In this document: positions 44,185-58,285 of the stretch, piece by piece
Numbering within the stretch: position 1 is the stretch's first letter
Layout: each line of letters starts with the position of its first letter
NCBI GenBank assembly: GCA_046563655.1
Contig: CM102287.1
Span: 3,472,001 to 3,536,000 of the forward strand
DNA from: Yuukianura sp. NJ FZ-2021
Lineage: Eukaryota
Direction: 5' to 3'
DNA length: 64,000 nt
Program-made: the position numbers and the translations under genes
Notes under the pieces: model-generated
Database searches by the model: none
The model's input: only the letters and a program-made list of their open reading frames with translations
Told to the model about the DNA's origin: nothing

Positions 44185-47100
44185 TTAGCCCGATTCTTTG
44201 ATATTTTTCTCCAGCCATTGCGTGATTCCTTCAAAATTTTTGTCCATCCAGGCCACGTTGGCAGTGACACTCTCAATGGCTTGGTCAACTGCTCTAGCGG
44301 ATGACCCCAGGTCATTGTGGTACCGTTTCTTGAAATTTTGTAACTTTTTCAAAAGAAAAAGTTCAAAAAAAAATTTAAAATAAAATTTTTCATCCACCAA
44401 TAAACTTCAAAAAACAGAAAATTTTGATTTTTCAGTTACCTCAGTAAGCTCAAACTTTGTGTTCAGTTTTGAAGCAATAGACTTGATGACTCTTCCCATA
44501 GAAAATCCAGTAGAGAAGCTGCAACATCAAGGTGTGAAATGTTAATTAGTTGTAATTAATTAATATAACATAACTAATTAATACAAATTCATTAAAACTT
44601 ACTAAGTTTTTATGTCCAACCACTTATCACGCACGAAATTAAAAGCTAGGAAATTTCCCACATCATTTCCAGCCACTCCGGCTAAAACGCTTCTCGAATC
44701 TTGTTTTCTTATACCCGAATTCGGAGTAATCGCTGCTATCATGAACCTGGATTTCAAAATTTTCCAAAAATTTCAAAAAAATTTGAAATTTTTAAAAATT
44801 TCGAATTTTGTTTTACCTATTCAAAATCCAAGTGTCCCGGGAACAAGCCAGGGATGACAGTATAATTGCTTTTTCAGAGGCGACATTTCCGTCGACGTAT
44901 CGCTGCCAAATGAAATCCCATTCCATTTCACCTCCAAACCGAATTGCATTGCAGTACACCAACCGACGCAAGTTGGTCGGGATTCTTCAAAATTTTGAAA
45001 CCAAAATCAAAATTTCAAAAATCTCAAATTTCCAAAAACCGAAACTGAGTCACTTACGGATTTTCTGTATTGGGGTCCGAAGAATTCATCCAGCTCGAGT
45101 AGAGAACTTTGACTTGCGCAATGCAATCTGGGTGCCCTACTGCGCATGCCATTGTCAACACATTGATTCTGTGATACTTCTGCAGCATCGGGTCATTCTC
45201 ACGCTCCACAAATCCAACTTTTTCATATTGCTTTTCCAGTATTTTCATAATGTATTTCTAAAAACAAGGTCAAAGGTCATTGTCAAATGCGAAAAATTCA
45301 AATTTTAGTCTCAAATTTTTTGAAAATTTTGCCAAAATTTACCTTGAACACTCCGAAAGACGGCGTACGTTGAAACATAGTGGAGATGTAATGGAAGTTA
45401 TTCAAAAACGCTTCCCACGGTATGTACTCGTCGTCATTTCTTAGAAACTGGGTGATGTTGAACGCTGTTGCATAAGGTAAGAGTCCTGCGCGTGCAAGAT
45501 TCAGCGAATCGTCAATTAGTTGCGCCCGATTAACGACGTGAATCAAGCGATGATTTTCAGTGAGTTGGGCCAAGATGGCTGCCCAGTTGCGCTCGTCGTA
45601 GTTGACCCTGTAGTAGCCTAGAAGCCAACGAAAATTATTCGATTTCCGAACGTAACTAAACGTTTTTTGAGCGAATAAGGTCTCAATGATTTCGCTACGG
45701 AGAAAGTAGAGGTCAAAGGTCAAGGTTTTCACAGAGGTGAAAGGTCAAATGATGGACTAACCTGTTTCCTGGACGTTGACGATGAGCCAAGAGTCCTTCC
45801 GGACGTGGACCTCATGAACGGTAGATTTTTCAATTTTTTTGATCCAAAATTCGGGTTGCGTTTTGGTAAAATTTTGATTTTGTTCGAGCGATGCATAGGA
45901 AATGGGAATCCACCATTTGTAGGAATCGTATTCTCCCGCCATTGTTTCATTTTTAATGAGACTAAACTTGGACTAAAAGTGAAAAAAAAATAAGTTAATT
46001 AACTTATGATTAATTATAAAATAATTTTTGATGAATTAGAATAACAAAACTAAATAGATTATTATGTAAAAAACTTATTCAATTTGAAAAATTTGACCGT
46101 TTCAAATTTGAGATCAACCAGAATGACATTGAAAAAAATTTCGTGTGTTGCTCCGCACTTTTAGAAATTCTTCAGGTAACAAACAGTTCCCGTCACAAAA
46201 GGTCAAAGGTCAAAGTTGATTTGTTGACCTTTGACCTTTGACCTTTTGACTTGCCTGTGTAAAATTGGCGGTTCTCTGTGGATAGTTCCGTGTGACATGG
46301 ACTACGGGAAAGCCTTTTTGCAGTGTCCAAGTATCCATGATTTCTGCTACTGTCAAGTGTGGCTCAAGGGCTTTGTCCGCATGCGCCTGATCTGTCAAGG
46401 CCGTCCACAAGTTCATTTGAACAGTATTGTTGTACTTCCTGTTCAAAACAAAACAGAACTTTTAGAAAAAAGTTTTAAAAACCACACAAATCGTGAACTT
46501 TTCCACCAAATTGCAAAAGTTTGAACAGAAACAGACGCAACAATTTCCATTTTGCATCGTCATTTCCTCCAGGGTTGACCTTGTCAGTGTCACTTTTGAC
46601 ACAGGAAGTTTCCAAATTGAGAGTTTTTGAAATTTGGAGGTTAAAATTTACAATTTTTTTGTGAAATTGTTACCATTCTTCCAAGTAATTAGTGAGTCCT
46701 TTGTTGAAAGAAGACTGACTGAGGAAGTGTGTCATCATGCGGATAATGGCTGCTCCTTTGGAATATGAAATTGAGTCGAAAATTTCGCTGATTTCGTCTG
46801 GATGGTGCACTGGAAGGGAAATGGCATGGGAGGAGTCCAGTGCATCCAGAGCAAACACTTCATGCACCTCATCAGTCACAAACTGATCAAGTACTTTCCA
46901 TTCGGGAAACACCTAAGTTCAAAATTTAAAAAAAAATGAAATTTTTGAAAAGTGAAAGCGATTAGAAAGGTTGGATTTCGTACAAAGTCTACTCCAATGT
47001 ACTCAACGTATGAGGCAAATCCTTCGTTGAGCCAAAGATCTGACCACCAAGAGGGAGTAACTAAATTTCCAAACCATTGATGAGCCTAACATCAAAATTT

Positions 47101-49632
47101 CGAAATTTCATTAATTAGTTATAATTTTAATTCAATGAATTTAGAGTAATTGTAAATAAGGTTTTACGATTTCATGAGAAATGACAACAGCCACGCGTTG
47201 TTTACTCGAGTCTGACGAAATTTTTGGATCATACAACATCGCACTTTCCCTAAAACCAAAATTTCGGTTTCAATTTTTACCACAAATTGAGTTTTTCAAA
47301 AAAAAAAAAACGTTCCAAAACTTTCCAATTTCAAAAATCTCATATCCGGATGCTACTCACCTGTATGTAATCAAACCCCAGTTCTCCATTGCCCTAAAAC
47401 CAATTTCCAAAAAAAAGGAAAAAGTCAAATCAAATTTTCAAATTTCAAAATCAAAATCCATAAATTTTTCTATTGCTCAACTCCTGCGGACTAGGACATG
47501 ACATCATTAGCGCATTTTTAAACGTAAACTTTCCAAGCTCACTAAATTGTTTCTGAATTTTTTGTAAAAATCTTACCCGGCAGAGAAATCGGGGAGTGCA
47601 ATCATGTCCAGTTTTGGGAGTGGGAAGCTAATGTTGAAATACTTTTCAAAATGTGTTAAAATTTTGGGCCCAACTTCACTTGAAAATTGTAGTTGACTAA
47701 TAGCATTAGGGCGTGACCACACTTTGAAAATCGGAGTGCTCAAATTTCTGTCTGATTCTGCAAATTGGAAATCCGTTACTGCAAATGCCACTAGGTAAGT
47801 GCTCATCGGAACTGACTTGTGGTAGTGATCCCAAACCCAACCAGGCATTCCTTCTCTGCAAAAAATTCAAAATTACAAAATTCGGATTTTGAAAATTTCA
47901 AAATTGGGGTTTTCATAATTTTCTAATCCAGCAATCTCCTAAACTACAAAGCACTTGTTACTGCGATTTTTTCCTTTGGCCAACTGCCTTATTCTTTAGT
48001 ACTTAAGAAAAAGGTGAAACGAAACATTCCTACGGTGCACAAACACTACGACATTTCATGTTCAAAAAATCAAAAAAATCTCTAAACTTGTTTCTTCAAA
48101 ATTTTGAAATTTTGTTGATCATACATATCTTCGGTGCTGTTGAGATCCATGTTAGACAAGGAATTCATCGTTTTCGGTCTTCCCAAACTGATTTCAAATT
48201 CTGCTTTTAAATTTGGTTCATCAAAACACGGAAAAGCACGACGAGCATCCGTTGCCTGGAACTGTGTAACTGCAATCCACCTTGAATTGACAAAAAAAAA
48301 AGTGGTCCAGTTTCAAATTTTGTTTTGAATTTCAAGAAAAAAAACTGAATTTTTGAAAGTTATTACAATTTTCAAGAAAATACAAATTAGACAAAACAGC
48401 GGTGCTTTGCTTTCACTTTTCTCTCCTAAAAAATTGTGTGCACCAGACGAAATTAGAGCAGAAAAAGTTAGGAAATGAAATTGGAGAAATTTTGAATTTT
48501 CCTGGAATTTGGAAAATCTAGTCTGGAAAGTTTTTGAAAGTGATGTTTCGGCTTTGGAACTTTTGAGTTTGTGATGTTAAATAATTCATGACACCTAAAG
48601 GAGTAAAGTCTGCTTTAAAAGTGAAAATTTCCTCACTTTCTTTACCTCAAGTGTACTTTCTAGCAGAAGAAGTTAAAACTTTCCAAGTTTTCGTTTTCGA
48701 AAATTAATCTCGCAATTTTGATTAAGACAAGCCGAAAGTGAGACATTGGAAACAGAGTGCAAGGAACCATGAAAATTCAAGTCTCCTCTAACACAAAATC
48801 CAATGAATAAGAAATTTCCAAATTTTGAGAGAAAAGCGTGAGAATTAGACTGATTAAAATTAAGAAAAGATTTTCCACTTCACTTTCTCCCTCTTTCTCT
48901 TCCTCTCTTCATTCTAAAACTGAAACTTCTCCACAAAACACACTTCAAAATTTTCGAAATTTTCAAATTTTCAAAATTTTCAACTTGACTTTACCTCGTT
49001 TGGTTTGTTGTGGAGTCAAAATAAGAACTTCTGTAGAATCCCGCCAATTCGTCGCTCAGAATCCCATTGAAATTCATGCTCAAACGATACAATTTTCCCG
49101 CTTTCAGCGTCTGTTTAAAAGTGATGTTAAAAAACTCCCGCGGTTCATCTTCAGCGTGACCTTTGAGGTCAAATTTCGAGGTCATTGACCCCTCGACTCC
49201 TCTTTCCACCAAGGTCACCGTGGACAGGTCAACTGTGATGTTTTTGATGTGGATGGTCACTTTGTCTGTATCGGCAGTACAGAGCATGTCAATGAGTACT
49301 TTGCCATCAATGGAGTAGTTCATGGCAGGGTCAAGGTGGGGAATGAGGTCCACTTTGTAGTAAGTTGGCTTGAGGTTGGTGGGGAGGAGGACATCAGTGA
49401 CCTTGGGAGTGACGGGGGGCCCTTCAAGGTCAAGGGCTCCCTCTGGAAGGAGGGGCCCTTGAGGACAAGGGGCCATTTGGTATGCGATGAATCCAACTGC
49501 GCATGCGACGAGGACTGAGAGCAGGATGAGGCCAAGGGCCTTTGGGCGGGAGACGTAGCAGCCTGAGGGACGCTTGAACATGGAATCTGATTTGGCGTGG
49601 TCCATTGTCAACTGTTCACGAGACTGGGCCAT
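44185..49632 (-). CDS. aminopeptidase N-like (peptidase M1), type II membrane protein
   Basis: N-terminal signal anchor, [33 protein letters not shown] (33-nt exon ~47393-47361), HEIAH...WLNEGFA zinc motif split over an intron, [18 protein letters not shown]1-like C-terminal domain. Confidence 0.95.
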
Positions 49633-51945
49633 CAAAAACGGCGTCGACTCCTCACTGAAATTTTGAGAAAAATATAATTTTGAAAACTTTTTATAAGCCG
49701 TTTTCAAAATTTCAGAATCTCCATCTAATATATGAGTAATTAACTACTGTCCAGATTCAATATTGGAGCAAGATGCATTTAGCTTCTAATTTGAAGCAGT
49801 CTACCAACAAAATTCCAAAATTTTGAATTCCTCATTTTCAATTTCATTTTTCATTGTCTTTTGAAAATTGAAATTTGAAAGATTTCGAAATTTTGATAGA
49901 GCGTTGTAATTGTAAAACTACGGTACACAGGGCACAACAAGTTGAGCAATTTTACTTTCCTTTAAATTGACAATTGGACAATTGAAGATTTAAATCAAAA
50001 CTTTTAATTGCTCAAAAACTTACCGACATTCTGCTCTTTTGTTAAGCATCAAAGTAATTAAGATTGGTTTAACTTTTTAACTTTTTTTTAGTAAAGTCAA
50101 AAAAATTTGCGAAAAGTTTAGTTTTGAGTGGCCAAACCAGACAGGTCATTAACGCATCTAATGAAAACTTTTTTCAAATTTAAATTTGAATTCTAACTTT
50201 TTAGAACAGGGTTTTAGCACAAAAAAGGAAGACGTGACAGCGGACTCGTTTTTAGAAAAGTAGTAACTCTTCAGTTCTCAAGTGTAAAATTAAAATTGGA
50301 ATTGGAAGTGTGTTTTTATTTTAAACTTTACGAAATAGTTGGCAAAAAATTGGCAAACGAGAAATTGCATCGTGCCAAAAACTTTAGATTGAAACAAACA
50401 CTCCACCGGAGAGTGAAAAACGTAAAGTGGTGAACTCGTGTTGAAGTATACGATCATGTCATCACTTTTTTTAAATTTTACTATTTTATAAAAAACCGAA
50501 AAAAGTCACGAGAGTGAAAACGGAGACACTCAGTTTTTTCACGCTTCGAATTTTTTAAAAGAAAAATTGAAAAGTTCTTTGCAAAAACCTTGACTTCGGC
50601 AATAAATTTCCAATTTGGCAACACGTTGACAAGTTTCGGATTTCAATAGAGACATTTTGTATTTTGTTAATCAAAGACACACAAATTTCAAAATTTCAAT
50701 TTTGTTTTTATACAAAATCCAGCAGGAGTTTAAAATTCAAAGTTCAAGGGTCACCTTAACTTTGTAGAAGAATTTAATTTTATAATGTAATTAAAATTTT
50801 ACGATTCATTGTCACGAAAATGTCTGCACAATTTTTGTTTACATTATCTGCCATGATCGTTTAATTTTGAAGTTCTAATGAAAAATTGTCGGTTGAAGTA
50901 AGTAAAACAGCCACTCTTTTGTTGCGTGCTGACTTTTTAGAATTGTTTCAAAATGTGAAAAATTTCCAGAATTGAGTTTCTTTTTTTTTTTGGTATAAAA
51001 CATAATACGGAGGAGTTTTTGATTGACTTTTCCTAACTTCCCTGACTAACCTAACATGTACAGTATCGTGTTCCCAAGATCAAATTTTTAACTAACCTAT
51101 ATTAATTAACAAGTTAGCCTAACAATTCTCGTTTGACAAGAAAAGTACATTGCAGAAATGTCAAGGTTAACCTTTTGACCTCCGTCAGTCAGCCAAGGAG
51201 AGCCACTTCCTCAACAATTATCTGCTTGACAATGATCCCAATCAACTTCATCATGCTTCATGTACCTCCATATTCCAAAAATTAGCACAAAAAACAATAA
51301 AAATTGGAACTTTTTTCATCACTTTTGGAAATTTTAAATTTCATCATTACTTGCCACATGTTTTTGCATTCCATTTTTGCAAAAATGTGATGTGAATATT
51401 AATTTCAAAAAAATGAGTAGGGAGTTCACAAAACTGTAATCAATCATCTTTCGTTCGATCAATTCAAAACCTAACATTTGTGTTAACCTAATATTAACAT
51501 AACGTTTTTAGTTAACCTAATATTGAAACCTAACATTTGTGAGTAATCGAGCACAATGAAATTCAATCACCATTTAACATCTACCCAATACATCCGCTCT
51601 TCAGAGAAATAAAAATTATACATTTCATTTGTAAAAAAATGGCCAAAAATTTGGAAGCGATTTGCAAAAACTGATAAATTGTTCCATGGAAATTTGTTGA
51701 CAGAACAATGGAGCGTCGCGTTTCATTGCAAATTTTTGCACATGTCAAATATTTGCAACAATAACTTGGACTGTTTGCCAATTTCTGAACGAAAAAAAAA
51801 ATTGCGACATTCTGCTTAACCTTTTCGCGTGTACACTCTTCGCAATTATTAGAGTATAATTGTCAAACGAACATGTTCCTGCAAAATATTTGTAATGCAT
51901 TTCAACCTACTTTCCATTATGTACTTTAGCGGTTACAGTTGGAAT

Positions 51946-52343
51946 CAGTGTTGGTGGACGCTTAAACGTCCAGTGGCTTAATTGCCACTTCCAGTGGATA
52001 TCCACTGGAAGAAACGCACCCCAAATGGACGAAACTAAAAGTGGATGGAAGAAATCACAAATTTTGCGCGAAATTCAAATTAATTCAAATTTAAATTTAC
52101 GAAATGATATCAGAACGCTTTACTTTCGCGATTATAGTTAATATATTAGTTAAAACGTATTTGAAAACAATATATACATAGTTTTTGAACAGTGGTTTCA
52201 CGTTTTTTAGTTGTTTGTAGTCAATTAATTCAAATTCAGAGGGCATAGCTCCGCCCCTTTGGATTCATCCATTTCGTCCATTTCTTCCACTGGATATCCA
52301 GCCGTGGATGAAATGTCGAAAAAGTGGATATCCACCAACACTG
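51946..52343. mobile_element. 398-bp hAT-like MITE, copy 3 (intact)
   Basis: Perfect 13-bp TIR CAGTGTTGGTGGA/TCCACCAACACTG and perfect 8-bp TSD GTTGGAAT (51938-51945, 52344-52351). Confidence 0.93.
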
Positions 52344-53326
52344 GTTGGAATACACGGAAATTTCAAAATTTTGAAAATTTACCTGACTCCGAAATTTCGA
52401 TTTTTACCCATTATATCGCTTTTTGAAATCTACTTTATAGTCACAAAAATTGAACGATGCTGTCCAGTTTGAATTATGACTGAAACTGAATATGGATTTT
52501 TTTGGATCCAATTCAACTTCGGTTATTGAAATTTCCAAAAATAATATTTTCATTTTATGAAACCACACAAAACTTCATACTAACTTTGCATTCTCATAGA
52601 AAAACGCACCCACTCATTCAAGAAAAATGAATCTAACAAAAAAAAATCAACGAAAATTGAAAATTTGAAAAATCAAATTAATTTCAAAAAACGAATTCTA
52701 GTTCACATTCAGTTTAGTAAAAAGTTTGAATTCTTGATATACCTTGTTTATTTTTGCCAAAAATTATTCTTACCTTTTCTGGTTTTTCTACTGGTTTCAA
52801 ATAGCACCAACAAAAATCTTGTACAATTGTTCCAAAACTTTTTAAAACAATCACAAATGCCTAGAGTTTAAGGATTTTTGTGAAATTGAAAATGTTCCTT
52901 CATGCGTAAATGTTGAAAAGGAAGGTTAGGAGAAGCACAAGGACGTCTTTTGTTTGAATGAAACACAGTTATAGAGGATCTTGGAGACGGAACTGCCTCA
53001 AAGCGTAGTTTTCTTTGAAGGCTGACCTTTGACCTGACCCACGTTCAAAGCAGCCGCGTCTTCCAATTGTTTGAAGCTACAAGAACCACGAGTGAAGCCC
53101 TACAAGGGAGAGATGCAACCTGTTTCTGCCACTTCCACGCCAATCCAAACCCACTTCCAAACTACTACAGCCAAAACTAAACTTATTCCACTAGGGTAGT
53201 GGAGGTCGCATCTTCACTAATAAAAACCAATTTTATGCTTTCACACCGTCTGTCTGTCTGTCTGTCCACCCCAACAAAATTTCAAAACAAAACCAAAATT
53301 TTCAAAACAAATTTCGAATAAAAACA

Positions 53327-53390
53327 AAACTGCGCACAAACTGCGCACAAACTGCGCATAAACTCCGCACAAACTGCGCATAAACTGCAC
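53327..53390. repeat. 11-bp minisatellite (AAACTGCGCAC/T, ~6 units), preceded by a short (GTCT)n run at ~53248
   Basis: Direct reading; same unit as 31000-31168. Confidence 0.8.
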
Positions 53391-54845
53391 AGTTTATCAT
53401 TTTTGAAATTACCCATTCTTCCAGAAATTCTTCTATAAAATATATGTTTTGAATCAGCTTATCAAACCATTTCCCAAAACAGGTCAATTCGTAAACTCTT
53501 TTTGTTAAAAAGAAGAAGTCAGGGAATTTACTTGTTGGTTATAAGGAAATGTTGGTTTTGTATTTATTCTGAGACATTTTCATAACTGTAATAGGAAACA
53601 TTTGGGATGGATTTTTTTAAAGTAGTGGCTATCGCTACTTTTGTACCTCGGTTTAAATAATTTCATTGCTTCTAAACGTAATAAGTGGGACCAGAAGTGG
53701 TTTTGATAATTGGATTTTACCTGGAATTTGGAATAAGAGAATACAGACACACTTGCTTCATAAATTCTTAATCTCCCAAAACCAAACCAATTTTCTACAT
53801 CTTCAGCATCTTTCCTTGCATGCAGATCTCCTTCTCCTAACAAAGTCAACTGGAACTGAACAAAAAGTACTCAAATCCTCATCATCATTCTCTCAAGGTA
53901 AACAACCTGTATCTAAAATTCCAAAAAACAAAAGCAGTATACTAAACACTCATTTTCAAAATTCTGATTTTTAATGAATTCTCCAAGTTTTTCAACATTT
54001 TACTCCGCCTTTCACAGTGACAGTTTTTTAAATCTGAAACTAAATTATAAACAGATTAAAATCCACTTGCATTAACTTAAACTTTTGAACTTTTAATCAC
54101 TTTTCTAAACAAAGTTTTGAAAATTGTACTTTTTTGTTTTCGTTTTTACGTAAAAACGGGTTTTCAATTTTTGAAAAATCAGTTTCAAAATTGAATTTAT
54201 GGCTTTGATTTAGTTCCAAGCGGATGTCACAAAGTAGTAAAAGACCAATTTAGTTTTGTATGAGTTCTTTTTCCGGAAAATTTTTGATTTCACACTTTAG
54301 GAACTTACGTTTTGATGTAATTTGACATTGAGTTTTTATGGTTTTCCATTTTTAGAAACAAAAACTGTGCTGCAAAAGTTGAAATTGAATTTTTTAACTT
54401 TTCTGAAATTACGAATTTTTTATTTTTTACAAAAATGCATTCAACGAGCTGTGAGGACGGTTTCAACTTTCACAAAATTCGCAAACTGTAAATTAACTTG
54501 CAATAAACTGGAATTGCGACTTTGACGCTTCATTATTTGCACTTCCCAAAAACTCGTCTTTCTCACCTCACCTGCTCGCGAATTTTTGCAAACCAATTAA
54601 AAATCTTGAAACGCAACTAACTCAATTGCGCAAGTTTAAAAATGACCTTGACCTTGACTTGGAATTTAGAAATTTTAAAACTCAGTTTCATAAAAAATCA
54701 ACGTAATTAGACGTTTCATAAAAAATAAGCGTAATTAATCATTTCTGCTATGCACTGATCGCATTATTACAAAACAAAGTATTTTTAAAAAAAAAAACTT
54801 TGAGACGAGTTTTGACAAGAGTTTTGGAAATTCGGGGTCAAGAGG

Positions 54846-57157
54846 TCAATTTTCGTCTGGAGTTGGCTCTTGACCAAACAAATCCAAGTGAAAGTCTTCT
54901 CCGCCTTCATCCTCCGCGGAGATTTCTTCCGCCGTAAATTCTCCACGGACTTCAAAATTTGGTGGGACAGGACGAGGTCGATTACAGTTGAGGTCAAAGT
55001 CATAGTCTGAAATGAGTCCCCCCAGAGGGAAATTTCGAAACAGAAGTTTTTGGCGGGCTTTCCAAAGTTTGTTGACTTCTTTCAAAATTCGCGGATAAGT
55101 TCCAGGACTAACAATTCCAGCCGAAGTCCATTTCCCATGGTAACAAATGGCTGGTTGGACCATAAAAGTCCCACGCGGGAAACTAGATTTCTCTAATAAA
55201 GTCAAAGGTCAAAACACAATTTCAAAATTTTAAATTTCAAAAAAAGTAGAAGTTTTTAACTTACTTGAGCACTTTATCCCAACGGAAATTACTGGTAGAA
55301 CGTTTTTGCAATTTTCATCACCTCCACCAGCCCCACCAGTCCCACCGGATTTTGTAATTTCCTCCATTTTGGTTGTTGCTGGGCAACAAATTTGATTTGG
55401 AGAAAACTTGGGCACAGGGCCATAGCGAGAGGAACTCATCAACCAAATGTGCAAAAGATTCACCAGAGCGTCTGCCTGCGACATGTCAGATCCATCCACT
55501 TTCTCCGAATTCTCAATTTGACGTTTCTAAAACATTATAATATATTAATATATTTAAAAAAAAATATAATTATAATAAAATTGTACGAACAACAACGTTC
55601 CCGAACTGTTCGCTGAATTTCACTCAAACATCATTATTTCATGAAATTTTTTGCTAGGAGCAAAAGTTGCACAACTTTACCTGCTTTGCAATAAAATAGC
55701 TTGAGAAAGATTTGAAGAGCCAATCAGGATTGAGTGCGATTTCGGCCAATGGGATTTCGCATGGTTGAGGCCCTTGAATACTTCCGTCACCATCTCGGTA
55801 AATTGCATCTCGAACTTCAACGAAAGCTCCGACACTTCCAGGCCCTGAGAAACTCAAACCGGTAAGAGTTCGTTTCATTCCGAAATTTCGAATTTTGAAA
55901 AAAGTTCCAGCAACTTACAGCCGTAGGCATAAAGACGTCCGATACAACCTCCGGCGACATTCGTCTTTCGGCCGATTTCGGATTTGGCTCGGGTGACCAC
56001 ATTCTGTCCAACGGCCACGATATGACCAGACCTCACTTTCTTCTTGGACAGCAAATGACTAAATATCTGAAGTTAATAAATTATAATATATTATTATATT
56101 AATATATTAATTTTTAGTATATTAAAATTCCAAGTTTACCTCAGCGACGTAACACCCTGGACCATGTCCTCCGACGATCACTCGGCAGTAGTCGTTGGCC
56201 ACTTCGTTTAAATTCTCTGCATAAGGAACTACCGTCCATTCGATTCGGTTCAACCAATCCGAAACAGTTTCCGGTACGCGTCGTCGGAAGTCGTCAAGAA
56301 CCACAACCAAGTGAGAATTGTACAAAACTTCGTGCAGAGAAATTGCGCAACCAATCCGAAACAAGTTGCGGGAACAAAGATCAGCCACTTCCATACAAAG
56401 TCCTTCCAGTTGACGCTGCGTTTGACCTGAAAAGTTAAGTTAACCTTTGACCTTTGACCTACGAGGTCATTGACCTTTGACCTTTGACCTCTGACCTTCA
56501 TTGAAAACTGACACATTGAAGATGATGTTTGGAGAAGCGATGGAGTAAGGTGACAGAAGTTGCGTTAAAAAAGTTTCGACGAGATTCAGCGAACCGTTGA
56601 TCAGCGACAAATTGCAAATGGATTTGTCACCACGATCTTGACCGTGGAATCCTTTTGCAAAAAGCTGCAAAATTTTGGAGGAAGTTAAAATTTTAAAATT
56701 TTGAAATTTGGAACTCCTTATTTTCGAAATTTTAGTTTCACCTCTTTGTTCATTTTGACCCTTGACTTGAGAGCATGCGTGGTCATTTCCATCACGAGTC
56801 CAAAGAATGCGTTAACATATTCACAAAATTCGTTAATTCCGCCAATCAAATTGACTTTCCCGTGCGGTTCCACCAAAACTTCCCAAACTACTGGAGACGC
56901 CTTGATGTCCCAGTTTCGCAAGTCCTTCATCTTACCAATGAAATCCTGAAAATTTCAAATTTTAATAATTTGAAATTTTTGAATTTTTGAAATTTTCATA
57001 ATTTCAGTAGCAGTTGAATCACCTTCCATTGAAATTCGTCTTTTGGAGTTTTGTTGAACTCGATATTCGAAAATTGGGTTTGGAGTTCATCTGCCAATTT
57101 CTCCGCTTTTGCATACCAAGGACAGTCGTATAAGCCCACAATCTCATAGCGAGCCAT
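54846..57157 (-). CDS. MDH1B: malate dehydrogenase 1B-like protein (divergent)
   Basis: N-terminus MARYEIVGLYDCPWYAKAEKLADEL and SPVVWEVLVEPHGKVNLIGGINEFCEYV resemble the MDH1B-specific N-terminal domain. Further exons near 56667, 56427, 56067, 55843, 55523 and 55190 have approximate boundaries. Confidence 0.7.
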
Positions 57158-57453
57158 AACTTAATTACAATTAAGTTAATTAGAAAAAGTTAAGCTAATT
57201 ACTAATTAATTAATTCAAGCCTCAATCAACAGTTGGTTCGGCAGTGAAAGTGGGCCAAATGACAGAGAAAGTCAAAATCTTCTATTTACTTTTTGTACTA
57301 AATAAAAGATGTGATCTCGGCATAGGAACACATTGAACAAACATGAAATTTTTTAATACATTATACACTATTTAAAATATTATTTAACTTTTAATATATT
57401 TATAACAGTAATGGCAGTTTGTTCGCACAATTGGTTTGCCGTTAACAATGTAA

Positions 57454-58285
57454 TTACTTATTTTTGACTTTAATTTGTTTCTGATTTGCAGAACATTTTT
57501 CCTTGTCTCCAGAATTTCCTTTTGTTCTCTTCCACTTCATACGACGATTTTGAAACCAAACTTTGACCTTTCCATAAAAATATATTATTGAATTTAATTA
57601 AATATAATACATTTTTAATGTGTTTTAGTGCTATTTACCTGTCTTTCTGTCAAATCCAATGAAATTGCGATCTCATAGCGTCGTAGTCTAGTCAAATAGT
57701 TGGAGTCCAAAAATTCTCGCTCCAGTGCAACTATTTGGGATTTTGTGAAGGCTGTTCTCTCTTTTCTGGATTTGGAATCTTCAAAACAAAAACTGAATTT
57801 AAAAATCAAAATTTTAGAAAATTGAAATTCAAAATTTTTCTGTGGTTACCCAAGATGTCTTCTGCTTCAACTCCATTTTGTTGCAAGAATTGACTTGCGT
57901 TTTGATCCACGATACAACCAGCATCGTTTCTCCAGTACTCAGGAAACTCCGAGGCTTTCGACGATTCAAAAGTTAGCGCTGAAATTTGTAGCGTCGTTTG
58001 CAGTGGACTTGAGCTTGAACTGTGACTGTGGTACACCGCCGCGGTATCTTCCACGGTTTGAGGCCAGTACTCTCCCGTAGCAGAGTAAGAGTCTTCGGAT
58101 TCAATTGTCCGAAAAGTTGAAATGTCGCCATCACATGTCGCTCCAGAACTCATGTCATGCTGACAAACATCCTCTGTGCATGACCTCTCGTGACCTTGAA
58201 TTTGAGCGTTGTTGTAACAGTACTGCCAATCACTTTCACAACAATCTGCGCTTGGACCACAGTTGTACCAGCCGTAACTCGACAT
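57454..58285 (-). CDS. Mox: Mox/Meox-class homeobox protein (buttonless-like)
   Basis: Exons 58285-57850, 57778-57639, 57567-57454; homeodomain [57 protein letters not shown] is of Meox type. Confidence 0.92.

Noticed and set aside
52405..52440. KVDFKKRYNG|GT as the first aPKC exon
   Set aside because: The true exon (EIRVKTAYNG) is at 29029-28935.
57158..57453. Mox-MDH1B polycistron (296-nt gap)
   Set aside because: ATTAAA-type poly(A) signals are present on the minus strand and the gap can hold a compact promoter.
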